Below are positions 14,105-26,083 of a stretch of 64,000 nt of DNA, in pieces. The number at the start of each line of letters is the position of its first letter. The first letter of the stretch is position 1. The notes under the pieces were generated by a model. It worked only from the letters and a program-made list of their open reading frames with translations. It had not been told where the DNA came from and made no database searches. A program made the translations under genes and the position numbers. The DNA comes from Eledone cirrhosa (Eukaryota): contig CAXHJY010001185.1 in assembly GCA_964016885.1 (NCBI GenBank), positions 939 through 64,938 of the forward strand, in the 5' to 3' direction.

Positions 14105-14560
14105 GGTAGTGTGGTGGTGATGGTGGTGGTATTGGTAGTGATGGTGGTGGTAGTGATGGTGGTGTTAGTGGTGTTAGTGGGGATTGGTGGTGTTGGTGAT
14201 GGTGGTGGTATTGGTGGTGGTATTGGTAGTGGTGGTAGTGATGGTGGTGGTAGTGGTGTTGGTGGTGATGATGGTGGTGGTGGTGGTGGTGGTGGTATTG
14301 GTAGTGATGGTGGTGGTAGTGATGGTGGTGGTAGTGGTGTTGTTGGCGATTGGTGGTGGTGGTGGTGGTGGTGGTGGTGGTATTGGTAGTGATGGTGGTG
14401 GTAATGATGGTGGTGGTAGTGATGTTAGTGGGGATTGGTGGTGATGGTGGTGGTGGTAGTGATGGTAGTGATGGTGGTGATGGTGGTGGTAGTGGTGTTG
14501 GTGGTGGTGTTGGTGTTGGTGGTGTGGTGGTAAAGGTTGTGGTGGTGGTGGTGGTGGTTG
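14105..14560. repeat. (GGT)n/(ACC)n-type trinucleotide low-complexity tract
   Basis: Similar tracts at 10520-11200, 33828-34275, 51130-51505 and 56265-56585. (TTGTG)n at 52640-52950; pure (CA)n at 13209-13431. Confidence 0.9.
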
Positions 14561-14788
14561 TATATATCGATACGTATATGTCAAAATGGAACATTAGGCT
14601 CGGATTAAAGATAAACATAAGTGTAGAGACGAACAAATCCTCTCTACACCCCACAAATATATATTTAGCAGCCTTGTTTCCTTCAAATGTTAACACACAC
14701 ATTAACACTCCTGCTAGACACACACGCAATCAGAAACATGCATATGGACGTCTGAATATGTATGTATATACATATATACATATTATGT

Positions 14789-14972
14789 GTGGATTGGCAG
14801 TATCGGTAGAGAGTCGGACGCCATGCTTTCCAGCATAGTTACGTCCCTTTACGGTCTGAGTTCAAATCCCGTCGAGGTTGACTTTGCCTTTCATCCTTAC
14901 GGGGTCGATAAAATAAAGTACCAGTAATGTACTGGGTAATTGCTGGCCTTGTGCCTAAAGTAGAAACAATTA
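14789..14972 (+). mobile_element. tRNA-derived SINE family A (full length)
   Basis: A box (TGGCAGTATCGG), B box (GAGTTCAAATCC), central GCCTTTCATCCTTACGGGGTCGATAAAATAAAGTACCAG and tail GGCCTTGTGCC..AGTAGAAACAATT. About 15 copies or fragments in the window. Confidence 0.88.
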
Positions 14973-15069
14973 TGTGTGCGTATATATATATATTTGAGTT
15001 TTCTCTTAGGTTAATCACTACCTTGATTAAATCTTAACCATTTAACATCTCAGGGTATGTCATGTGTCA

Positions 15070-15130
15070 TTATATTTTGTCTGATGAGGACGTACTGTTG
15101 TACCTCTGAAATATGTATAATAAAATTTAA
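15070..15130 (+). ncRNA. Type I minimal hammerhead ribozyme (same family as 28920)
   Basis: TTATATTTTGT-CTGATGA-GGACGTACTGTTGTACCTCT-GAAA-TATGTA-TA-ATAAAATTTAA. It lies in a ~250-bp repeat (15017-15268) shared with 28867-29120 and flanked by (TA)n. Confidence 0.78.
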
Positions 15131-15261
15131 TTGATCAAAAGAACATCTATTAATATTTGTATTTTAATATTAATAACTCTGGAAAATATTTTTGCTGTAG
15201 AGTGCTTCCAATCTACTGTAGAACTCGTTCTTTGATGTAATCATTGAATCTTGTTTAACTC

Positions 15262-15292
<31 letters not shown>

Positions 15293-15482
15293 CGCACATA
15301 CACAAAAGTTATGAAACCTGGCAGCTATTTCTAGCAACCATTAAAACCAATTATTATTCAAAAAATATAAGGGAAGTAACCTTGATTCGGAGGTCTCCAC
15401 GAGTGACTTCCCTTGAACATTTAGTAGTTTCTGCGTATATTGATTGCTTATGGGATTTTGAAAATTATACATATATTTACAT

Positions 15483-15557
<75 letters not shown>

Positions 15558-16156
15558 CTCACACATAAACCTACATACACACTCTCACACACACACGTAA
15601 ACCTACACACTCTCACACACGCACGCTCACACACACGTAAACCTACACACTCTCACACACTATCGCACACACACACACATAAACCTATACACTCTCACAC
15701 ACATACTCACACACATGCTCACACACACGCTCACACTGATAATTAATGTTTACAAAAGAAAAACAGGAAGAAAAAACTATCAAGGGACACAACCCATGAT
15801 AGCATTGCATCCCGTTTAATAATTGAGAATCTTGGATTTACCTCCCCTGTTTATTTATTTATTTATTTATTTATTTAGTTTTCGTTATAACTCGGCATTG
15901 AGATATGGATTGTTGCAACGAATGACATATTTACAATGGTTTCTGATTTAGACACAAAGCCAAAATTACGGGGGAAGAGAAAGTCGATTAAATGGACCCC
16001 TGTGTATTACTGGTACTTTATTTTTTCGACAGCGTAAGGATGAAACGCAAAGTATTTCCCATTATGCGCCGTTTTGGCTGTATTAAATTACAGACAAGAC
16101 ACAATCACAGAGTTTTAGTAGTATATAGATATTGATTTTTAAGAAAAAAAAAAAGT

Positions 16157-16229
16157 AGGTTCCAGCGAGTTTCGAACTCACGACCTTCTGCGTGTTAAGC
16201 AGATGTGATAACCACTACACCATGGAACC
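16157..16229 (-). tRNA. tRNA-Val-AAC: tRNA-Val (anticodon AAC), copy 1
   Basis: Minus strand reads GGTTCCATGGTGTAGTGGTTATCACATCTGCTTAACACGCAGAAGGTCGTGAGTTCGAAACTCGCTGGAACCT. 7-bp acceptor stem GGTTCCA/TGGAACC, anticodon arm TCTGC-TTAACAC-GCAGA, TTCGA T-loop, A and B boxes, oligo-T Pol III terminator immediately downstream. Confidence 0.95.
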
Positions 16230-16485
16230 AGGCGATAGAAATGCTCTCTATTAAAGATATTTATGGGTGACTCTTTAAGCATTTAAACCGGCCATATCTG
16301 GTTAGAATTTTCTCACCACTTTCTGTTCAAACCGGCTATAACTGGCCACTCATACTGATGTTATGGTATTGGCCTCTCAGGAATAAGTGGATGAAGAAGA
16401 AGAAGGAGGTGGAATAGAAGGAAAAGAAATGTTATTAATGAAATAAAAAAAAAAAAAGGAAAATTAAGAAAAAAAAGTAAAATCT

Positions 16486-16558
16486 AGGTTCCAGCGAGTT
16501 TCGAACTCACGACCTTCTGCGTGTTAAGCAGATGTGATAACCACTACACCATGGAACC
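16486..16558 (-). tRNA. tRNA-Val-AAC: tRNA-Val (AAC), copy 2
   Basis: Identical 73 nt to copy 1 with unrelated flanks; T-runs downstream. Confidence 0.95.
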
Positions 16559-16856
16559 TCGCACATCAGTCGGCTTCTATTAATCTACTTATAGATAAAT
16601 ATCTATGTGTCAAGTAGTCATTCGAGCAGGTTTATTTGATTTCATCTCTTCATAACAAAACAGTGGGATATTTATAGCCAAGAGAGAGATACTACCTGAC
16701 AGAGAATTGGTAGATTCGTTATAACGTAGGATAGAATGTCTTGCTATATTCCTTCAGATTTAGACCTCAGGGGGCCGGGGGTACTTCAAGTTTTGAGGTG
16801 CCTCACATACACGGAAAATTAGAATACACAGCAAACCCTTGCTTTAACGACATAAA

Positions 16857-17275
16857 AATTGTTTCTACTTTTGGCACAAAGCTAGCAATTATCTTATCCC
16901 AGTGCATTACTGGTACTTTGCTTTTCGTCTTTGCGTGGTCGATAAAATAGAGTTAACCTCGGCGGGATTTGAACTCAGACCCTCTATCTATCTATCTAGG
17001 GCGGGTAAAATTCCTGAGATTCATGGACGAGTCCTCTCCAGCGGACTCTGTCCCTCACCATCGCTGCCATGTCCTGCGTCTCCAAGAGACCGGTGTCTGT
17101 CATTAGGGCATCAACATATGTTAACCTCGGTCTCTCTCTTCTAGTGTGTCCGTGCAGGGGCTCCCACAGGAGCACTGAGTGCAGTGTCAACTCAGAATGT
17201 CCAGCTAACCTCAGTCGGTAAAGGACCGTAACTCTATGCTGCAAAGCATGGCGTCCGACCCTTTACCGATACGGA
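16857..17275 (-). mobile_element. SINE family A interrupted by an RTE insertion
   Basis: 3' half at 16857-16980 and 5' half at 17217-17275. Confidence 0.8.
16984..17216 (-). mobile_element. Second copy of the same RTE LINE 3' end, inserted inside a SINE
   Basis: Near-identical to 11496-11730 with the (TAGA)n tail. SINE sequence continues on both sides (GAACTCAGAC | GTAAAGGACCGTAACTC). Confidence 0.88.
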
Positions 17276-17292
17276 AAAAAAAAAAAAAAACT

Positions 17293-17365
17293 AGGTTCCA
17301 GCGAGTTTCGAACTCACGACCTTCTGCGTGTTAAGCAGATGTGATAACCACTACACCATGGAACC
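17293..17365 (-). tRNA. tRNA-Val-AAC: tRNA-Val (AAC), copy 3
   Basis: Identical 73 nt to copies 1 and 2; long oligo-T terminator downstream. Confidence 0.95.
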
Positions 17366-17562
17366 ATATAAGTTCTTTGTTTTCTATTAGTATATTTATA
17401 GATAATATATTTATATATGTCAAGTAGACATGTGAACAGGTCTGTCTAACGATGAAATATTAAATTTTGGCACAAGGCCAGCAATTACCCCAGTGCATAA
17501 ACTAAAGTACCAATAATACACTGGGGTAATTGCTGGCCTTGTGCGAAAAAAAGAAACATTAA

Positions 17563-17757
17563 TAGCCAAGCATTCGCCCATGGCTGTGGAGACTTCTGGT
17601 GTCCTTGGCCACCTCCTAGGGCCACCTCTCTGCTCACAACCATTAGCACAGAGTTGGCTACCCTCAGGTAGGTGTGAGCCCTGCGACCTGGAATGGCTCT
17701 TCCAGCGCGTCTCCCTCACCATCCTCCGGGGAGACGCCTTCTATATTCTGTCCACCG
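17563..17757 (+). mobile_element. CRE-clade non-LTR retrotransposon RLE-domain fragment
   Basis: PMAVETSGVLG...WLFQRVSLTILRGDA matches the P.A.ET.G...L.QR.S..I.RGNA motif. Confidence 0.7.
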
Positions 17758-17809
17758 GGGCCACGGTGGACAGAATATAGAAGGCGTCTCCCCGGAGTGT
17801 TTTTTTTTT

Positions 17810-17988
17810 GGGGGGGGGGAGACGATTAAATCGACTCCAGTGCGTGACTGGTACTTTATTTTATCAACCCCGTAAGGATGAAAGGCAAAGTTAACCTCGG
17901 CGGGAATGAACTCAGAACGTAAAGGGCCGTCACTCTATGCTGTAAAGCATGGTGTCCGACCCTCAACCGATACTGCCAATCCAGCGCC
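17810..17988 (-). mobile_element. SINE family A
   Basis: Reverse complement of the family A consensus. Confidence 0.85.
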
Positions 17989-18800
17989 CTTCCATTTGCT
18001 CATAATACTGAGAGATGGGGAAAACAGGAGAGACGGAGGCCGTGACAGTGGGAGTTTGGTTCCTTTGTGTTCGGACCTGGTGTATATATGTATACATTTC
18101 ATAGACATACACTCACGCATATATTTTGAATAATTATTTTTTTACAACTGAAGAAGGGCTAAAGCCCGACACGACAAACTTTCTTTCCCCTTTTCCATAT
18201 AAAGCGTGAAACTAAAACATTTTGTACCTCTGTTTGTTGTCTCCTTGAACTATATATATATATGTATGTATGTGTGTGTGTGTGCGTGTGCGTGTGTGTG
18301 CGTGTATGTGTTTGTGCGCACGTGGGTGTCTACATACATTCATACACACAGAGACATAGATATATCTATCTATCCATTTCCCTCTCTCTCTCCCCCTCGC
18401 CCCCCCCCCCCCCTCTCTCTAATATATATATATATATATAGTAGGGGAAAAGCATGTCCTCCCACCCATCTTCATTGAAAGACTGAGCAGTCGGATTAAC
18501 CCGTGGGTAAACAACCAGCACCAGGGATTAACCTAAACTAAACGTAGGGGTGGTGGTGATGTAGGAGGGGTGGTGGTGGTGGGATTTGTAGGAGGGGTGA
18601 TGGTGGTGGTGGTGATGTAGGAGGGGTGGTGGTGGTGATGTAGGAGGGGTGGTGGTGTAGGGATGTTGTACAATACCACTGAATGTAGTGTTATTGTAGG
18701 ATACAGGATGGCGTAGGACAGGTGTTTGTATAGGAGGGGGTGGAGGGTCGGATGGTGGAGGGTCGGGTGTGTGGTAGAAGGGGAGGAGGTGAATAAGGAG

Positions 18801-18834
<34 letters not shown>

Positions 18835-18907
18835 CTGGGTCGCCAAGTATAACATTTGTAGAAATGTGTTTCTTTTCTACAAAGGTCTACAAATTTCATA
18901 CTTGACG

Positions 18908-18913
<6 letters not shown>
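18835..18913. mobile_element. Tiny Tc1/mariner-type MITE (second copy 34550-34608)
   Basis: Inverted ends (C/T)TGGxTxGxCAAGTATxAxATTTGT ... ACAAATTTCATACTTGACGATCCAA, in (TA)n. Confidence 0.65.
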
Positions 18914-18948
<35 letters not shown>

Positions 18949-19063
18949 ATATAATATAATATAATATAATATAATATATATGTGCGTGTGTGTGTGTGCG
19001 AAAGAAGATTGAATGAGAAAGGTACTGGGGTATGCAACTGGCGTGGAGAATGAAGAGTAAATA

Positions 19064-19128
<65 letters not shown>

Positions 19129-19267
19129 TATGTAAATATATATCATATATATATATACACACACACATACATGTGTTTATATGTACAATATACACACAGA
19201 TACACGTAGATATACCCACATCATAAATATTTAAATACATTTCAGCATACTTTCGGTCAGGTATATA

Positions 19268-19331
<64 letters not shown>

Positions 19332-19688
19332 AATATAAATATATATGATTTATAAGTGCCCACCTACATATATTCCTAAGGAATATGTGTAGGCTTCTAC
19401 ATAACCTGGACATTATTTTCCCAATTTGTAGAAAACTTATAATGAAACGATCGTTTGAAAAGAGAGATGCATGGTTAACATTATTGAAAGAATTAATTGA
19501 CCCGCGTGCATATTATTTTATTCTTTTATGTTTTGCGATAACCTCCCCTTTCCGCTTGATGGCAGTGTGAGATTTCTCATTGTGAGACTGCTGGAATTTC
19601 AAATTTGGCGGTCATTCTAGCACGGAGGGGTACCATCGCTGAACATTAATGTCGGTAAGGTTTTTTTTATATCGATATTTGTCGGGCA

Positions 19689-19810
19689 TCCACGGATGAT
19701 TTATAAGTGGACACCTAAATATATTCCTACGGGCTATGTGTAGGCTTCTACATAACGTGGACATTATTTTCCCAATTTGTAGAAAACTTATAATGAAACG
19801 ATCGTTTGGA
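19689..19810 (+). ncRNA. Hammerhead ribozyme motif with extended, branched stem II (tandem copy 2)
   Basis: TCCA-CGGATGA-T-TTATAAGT...ACTTATAA-T-GAAA-CGATCG-TT-TGGA. The core has U4->G. Two internal hairpins (CCTA(a/c)ATAT..ATGTGTAGG and TTCTACA..TGTAGAA) sit within stem II. Confidence 0.65.
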
Positions 19811-20395
19811 AAGAGAGATGTATTTTAATTATGTCTCATATAAAATAATACAACTGGCTATCCGCAAAATACGTATAGTTAGCACCCCAAACGTATAATT
19901 GGGATTATACTAAGGTATATCCTAATGTTTGTTGAGTGAGACGGAAGCCGTCTCACTCAACAAACATTTCTCTGTTAATGTATTAAATATTATACTCTTG
20001 ATTTGGCCAGGGATGAATATTTCCAGATACTTTTTAGGTATGACTTTCCGTATTTATTCTTTGTATGAAATATTGATTGTTCTTCCGGTATCTTATCTCT
20101 GTTTTTAGCCTAAGAAAATACCCATATGCGTGTATAAATAATACATGCTTATATTTATTTTTTTATATCCAATTGAGTTCTTCACGCATGGTTAAAATTA
20201 TTGAAAGAATTAATTGACTCGCGTGCATATTATTTTATTCTTTTATGTTTTGCGATGACCTCCCCTTTCCGCTTGATGGCAGTGTAAGATTTCTCATTGT
20301 GAGACTGCTGGAATTTCAAATTTGGCGGTCATTCTAGCATGGAGGGGTACATTAATGTCGGTAAGGTTTTTTTTATATAGATATTTGTCGAGCAC

Positions 20396-20516
20396 CCACG
20401 GATGATTTATAAGTGCCCACCTACATATATTCCTACGGGCTATGTGTAGGCTTCTACATAACCTGGACATTATTTTCCCAATTTGTAGAAAACTTATAAT
20501 GAAACGATCGTTTGGA
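20396..20516 (+). ncRNA. Hammerhead ribozyme motif with extended, branched stem II (tandem copy 3)
   Basis: Same architecture as 19689-19810. A 5'-truncated copy 1 lies at 19346-19458. Confidence 0.62.
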
Positions 20517-20696
20517 AAGAGAGATGTATTTTAATTATGTTTCATATAAAATAATACAACTGGCTATCTGCAAAATACGTATAGTTAGCACCCCAAACGT
20601 ATAATTGGGATTATACTAAGGTATATCCTAATGTTTGTTGAGTGAGACGGAAGCCGGTCGGAGTATTGCTTAAAGCTTTCTCTGTTAATGTAGTAA

Positions 20697-20845
<149 letters not shown>

Positions 20846-21126
20846 AATATATATATATAATATATATATATAATATATATATATATAATATATATATATA
20901 TAAAATATATATATATAAAATATATATATATAAAATATATATATATATATAATATATATATATATAATATATATATATATAATATATATATATATATAAT
21001 ATATATATATATTTATATATATATATATATATATAAATATATATTTATATATATATATATAAATATATATTTATATATATATATATAAATATATATTTAT
21101 ATATATATATATAAATATATATTTAT

Positions 21127-21165
<39 letters not shown>

Positions 21166-21250
21166 AATATATATATGTATTTATATATATATATAAATAT
21201 ATATATGTATTTATATATATATATAAATATATATATATATTTATATATAA

Positions 21251-21281
<31 letters not shown>

Positions 21282-21380
21282 ATATATATAAATATATATA
21301 TATTTATATATATAATATATATCTATTATTAATTCTGGCAATATTACACAAATACGACCCTCCCCAAGTATAACAATATA

Positions 21381-21472
<92 letters not shown>

Positions 21473-21873
21473 TTATATATATCTATATGTATATATATTC
21501 AGTAAATCTTTATTGAATAAACCCAATGACCAGAGCCATGGCGTTCATTGCGATGTCTTTGACCCTACCTATTATTCTTTCCTCGGCCGTCAACATCGTA
21601 CCAGAAGATTATACACACACACACACATACACACACACACACACACACACATACACTCGCTCACACACATACACTGGCACATTCATATATATATATATAT
21701 ATATACACACAGATATTTGCGCTCAAATATATCTATATAATGTTTAACAATGTATATATATGAATGGAATGTATAAATATTTGTGTGTGTATGTATGCCA
21801 ACATACATGTATACATGCACACAAATATATATGTATATATATTTGTGTGTATATATATATATATATATATATT

Positions 21874-21910
<37 letters not shown>

Positions 21911-21920
21911 TTACACACAC

Positions 21921-21954
<34 letters not shown>

Positions 21955-22164
21955 AAATATATATATATATATATATATATAAATACACGTATGCATTGGA
22001 TGTATTGGTGAGTCGTCTGCTTCTGTGATTTTGTGACATCTAACGCAGCAACCAATAGGCCAGCAGAGATTCTCAGGATTGTACTCTCTCCCTCGTTCAG
22101 TGAACCGTGTTGGTTTGATTAGCTGCCAAACGTAGCCTCTTGAACTATGCTCCAGGTTTATATA

Positions 22165-22213
<49 letters not shown>

Positions 22214-22251
22214 ATATTAATAAATGGAAACTGTATTTATAAAACCATATT

Positions 22252-22317
22252 TATTTTATTATACATATTTCAAGGGCAACCAAGGCAAATTATGGTGCGC
22301 TTTCATCAGATAAAATA
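22252..22317 (-). ncRNA. Type I hammerhead ribozyme, second stem-II variant
   Basis: Minus strand: TATTTTAT-CTGATGA-AAGCGCACCA...TGGTTGCCCTT-GAAA-TATGTA-TA-ATAAAATA. Perfect 8-bp stem I, extendable across an internal loop by TATTTATAAAAC/GTTTTATAAATA. Confidence 0.8.
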
Positions 22318-22414
22318 CAGATTTGTTTTATAAATAAATATTGACATACCCGGGAAAAAAATGTATGTGTATGTATGTATGTATGTATGTATGTATGTAT
22401 GTATGTATGTATAT

Positions 22415-23096
22415 GGGAGTGAAGGACCCCTAGCCTTTGTCAGGGCATTCTTCTAGGAGAAGGCAACTCAGGAAACTGAGAAAACTCCGATATAACACCT
22501 GCGGCTCAGTGGTTGCCGATGATGTTGATCTTTTCTTCTTTTCGGGTTATAGCTACTGTGGCTCAGAGAGTGGGATTGGCTCAGTGCACAGTGTTTCCTC
22601 ACTTTAAAAAATATCTTCACGCACAGGCATTGCACGATAGAATTAATTAATAATTATTAATAATGTTATCTCGTGCAATGGCCATACTCGATAACGAGGG
22701 GGCATCCATCATGTATATATGTATGCAGAATTCTAGGAGAAGGAAAACTCTGATATAACACCTGCAACCCTGATGGTATCCAATGATGTTGACTTGTTCT
22801 TCTTTTTGGTAAATATCATCTTGGTTAAGAGAGTGGGACTGGCTTTGTGCAGTGCCTTTGCTCTCTATAAAAGCTTCACGACACAGGCATTGCTTTATAT
22901 CTGGAGATCTCTCTGCACTTGTCGTACCATGGGCCCAGCACTATGTGTCAGTAATTGTCACAAGTGTAGTGTTTGTACCAGAGTTTTCAAGTCGCTGGCT
23001 GGACTAAAAAGTCACGCTCGTTCAGCGCATCAGTAGGGGTTCTCCTACATGGATATAAAGTAGTGGCCGTACTCGAAAACGAGTTGGCAGCCACCA
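22415..23096 (+). mobile_element. RTE-related non-autonomous element or LINE remnant with an internal duplication
   Basis: Segment TTCTAGGAGAAGG...ATATAACACCTGC...ACAGGCATTGC occurs twice (22451 and 22731). It ends in a C2H2-like CSVCTRVFKSLAGLKSHARSAH* typical of RTE ORF termini. Confidence 0.55.
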
Positions 23097-23101
23097 TATA
23101 T

Positions 23102-23143
<42 letters not shown>

Positions 23144-23204
23144 TGTGTTGTTATTTCTGTTTACCTTTTACACACACACACACACATATATATATACATA
23201 TATG

Positions 23205-23302
<98 letters not shown>

Positions 23303-24048
23303 ACAAAGGAATTGTGGTAAGGAACCAGATGGACCTTAACGCACCAGAGTACTCAATACTTAGGGTAGTAGAGTTGGAAATAGGAAAAAGTATGACCCCG
23401 ACTGCAGAGCTCAAGCCGTTTCGACGGCTATTTCAGTCCAGAAATAGCCGTCGAAACGTCTTGAGCTCTGCCGTCGGGGGTCATACTTGTTCCTATATAT
23501 ATATATATATATAGTAATAGTAATAATAAATACATATATGTATATATACATATGTATGTATGTATTATATGTCCTATACTGTCCTTAATGTCTACTTTAT
23601 GTAAACCCTTGTGGTTAATAAAGAAAACATTATATGTGGAGGCATACGATCATAATGTCGTGGGTTCGATTCCTGGGCTGCGTGTTGTGTTGTTGAGCAA
23701 ATCACTTCATTCCACGTTGCTCCAGTAGACTCAGCTGAAAATAAGTACCAGTAATAGCTGGGGTTTAACCCTGCGTTGGACAACAACAGCAGCAACAAAG
23801 ACGACGACGACACAAACACCCGTATTGAGTGCACACTGCTCACTGCTTTATTGAATCACTTCAGTTTTTTACTGCTTAGTGTTCTGTAGTGGAGAGTGGG
23901 GTTGGTAGTTTAATTACAGCTCTAGTGGGATCAGGGCTGACCTGGGGCTAAACAACGACAATAATAACAGCAACAGCAACAACAACAATAACAGTGACAA
24001 CGGATTTGAACATGACATATATTCAGGTCTTGTTTGTGTGTGTGAGTG

Positions 24049-24080
<32 letters not shown>

Positions 24081-24115
24081 ATATTATATATATATATATT
24101 ATATATATGTGAGTG

Positions 24116-24148
<33 letters not shown>

Positions 24149-24172
24149 ATAATATATATATATATTATACAG

Positions 24173-24218
<46 letters not shown>

Positions 24219-24413
24219 GGGGGGGGGCGATAGAGAGAGGGGGGAGGGCGATAGAGAGAGAGAGAGAGGGAACGATAGAGAGAGAGAGAGGGAACGATAG
24301 AGAGAGAGAGAGAGAGGGAACGAAAGAGAGAGAGTGATATGGCTAGTGATGGTGATTGTTAATGAAACAGAGACTCTCTCTCTCTACACACACACATATA
24401 TATATATATATAT

Positions 24414-24490
24414 ACAGGGTGTCTCCACAAAATGTATACACGCTTTTATTAGAATACTGTTGAAGTGTGTATACATTTTTGGGGGGTATA
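24414..24490. mobile_element. Tiny Tc1-type MITE remnant (related copies about 34490-34522 and 60098-60192)
   Basis: TA-CAGGGTGTC..AAAATGTATACAC / GTGTATACATTTT inverted ends; shared internal TTTATTAGAAT.CTGTTGAAGTGTGTATA. Confidence 0.55.
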
Positions 24491-24558
24491 TATATACACA
24501 TATATATAGTGCATCCATAGGCAGTATGCCGGTTGAGCACTCTATTCTCCTACGGAGC

Positions 24559-24605
<47 letters not shown>

Positions 24606-25109
24606 CACACACAGGAAGACACGGCAAGAGAAGAACGCCAGCCATTAAAACTGTCAAGGAAAGTGAATACTGGTTGAATTTATGGTTCACATAATATTTT
24701 CTTTATTTCAATTATTCTGGGCTTTTTCTTTCTTCCCCCGAAAGATATTTGTGTGACAAAGAATGCTCTTTCGACCCTTAATTTTTTCTATCGGTTATTT
24801 TTGTGATTGTTTGTGTCATTTTGATGTCCTGTTCTGTTTTGTGGTTCCAGTGTTGGTGTGTATTGCGGTTATGGGACGGGTCAAAAACTGATAATTTATT
24901 AAAAGAATCAAAAACAAACAAACATAAAATCACAAACGCACGTCTGTCCGCTGCCGTCCGCTGCCGTCCGTTGACGTTCGTCACGCTACATTGTCTATCC
25001 TAAGTCACTGTTCGTCACTACACACACACACACACACATATATACATGTATATATACATATGATATATAAACACACACATATATATATACATATATATAT
25101 ACATATAAT

Positions 25110-25141
<32 letters not shown>

Positions 25142-25734
25142 CACGTATATATATATACGCGTGCGTGTGTGTGTATGCGTGCGTGTGTTTCTTTGTGTTT
25201 ACGTTTATATTCAATTGTACTTATTCATATTCTTCAGTGAAAGAAGAATGAAAGAATGAAAGAAAGAAAGAAGTAAAGAAAGAGAGAATGTAAGAAATAA
25301 ATAAATAAAGAAATAAAGAAAGAAAGAAAGACAGAACGAAAGAGAGAAAGAAAGGTGAAGAAGAAACACTAACGAAGAAAAGACAAAGGGATTTCATTAA
25401 GATGTTGGTGGAAGAAAACATAAATCCGTGTTTCGACGGGAAGGTCACGGTAGGATCAAATATTATGGCGAGGGATTTTCCCGTTAATCCTCCTCTTTGA
25501 CTTTCTTACAATGTTTCCTCTCTCTCACCTCCCCTCACACTATCTTTCTTATTCTTTCTCTTTCTCTTCCCCTCTCTCTCTCACCATCTCTACCTCTCTC
25601 TCTCCCTCTCTCTTTCTTTCTTTCTCTCCCCCTCTCTCTTCCCACCATCTCTACCTTTCTCTCTCCATCTCCGTCTCTCCCTCTCTCTCCCTTTCTCTCT
25701 TTCTCCATCTCCCCCCACCCCCACACCTCGCAAA

Positions 25735-26083
25735 TCTAACCTCGGCGGGATTTGAACTCAGAACGTAAAGGGCCAAAACTCTATACTGCAAAGCATGCTG
25801 TACGACACTCCACCGATACTTCCAATCCACCGCGCTAACAATAATAATAACAATAATAATTGTTTCTACTTTAGGCACAAGGCCAGCAATTTGAAGGAGA
25901 GAGGGGGGGGGGAGTCGAATAAATCGAACCCCAGTGCATTACTGGTACTTTATTTTATCGACCCCCGTAAGGATTAAAGACAAAGCTAACCTCGGCTGGA
26001 TTTGAACTCAGACCGTAAAGGGACGTAACTCTATGCTGGAAAGCATGGTGTCCGACCCTCTACCGATACTGTCAACCCACCTA
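25735..26083 (-). mobile_element. SINE family A: 5' half (25735-25836) plus full copy (25858-26083)
   Basis: Family A sequence; the full copy has the long 3' variant. Confidence 0.85.

Larger units (their letters stand above)
19345..20695 (+). mobile_element. Partial tandem array of Penelope-like element 3' ends (decayed GIY-YIG endonuclease, 3' UTR and hammerhead)
   Basis: Repeat periods of 351 and 706 nt between hammerhead copies. The decayed translation STPNV*LGLY*GIS*CLLSETE resembles the NVIY..xCxxC..YVGET GIY-YIG motif. FFISN*VLH..HG(L)N resembles the WIxxLxTLxPxGLN C-terminus. Flanked by (TA)n on both sides. Confidence 0.6.

Noticed and set aside
14789-14880. SINE heads as tRNA genes
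   Set aside because: A and B boxes are present, but there is no cloverleaf, and the heads are joined to SINE body and tail in many diverged copies.
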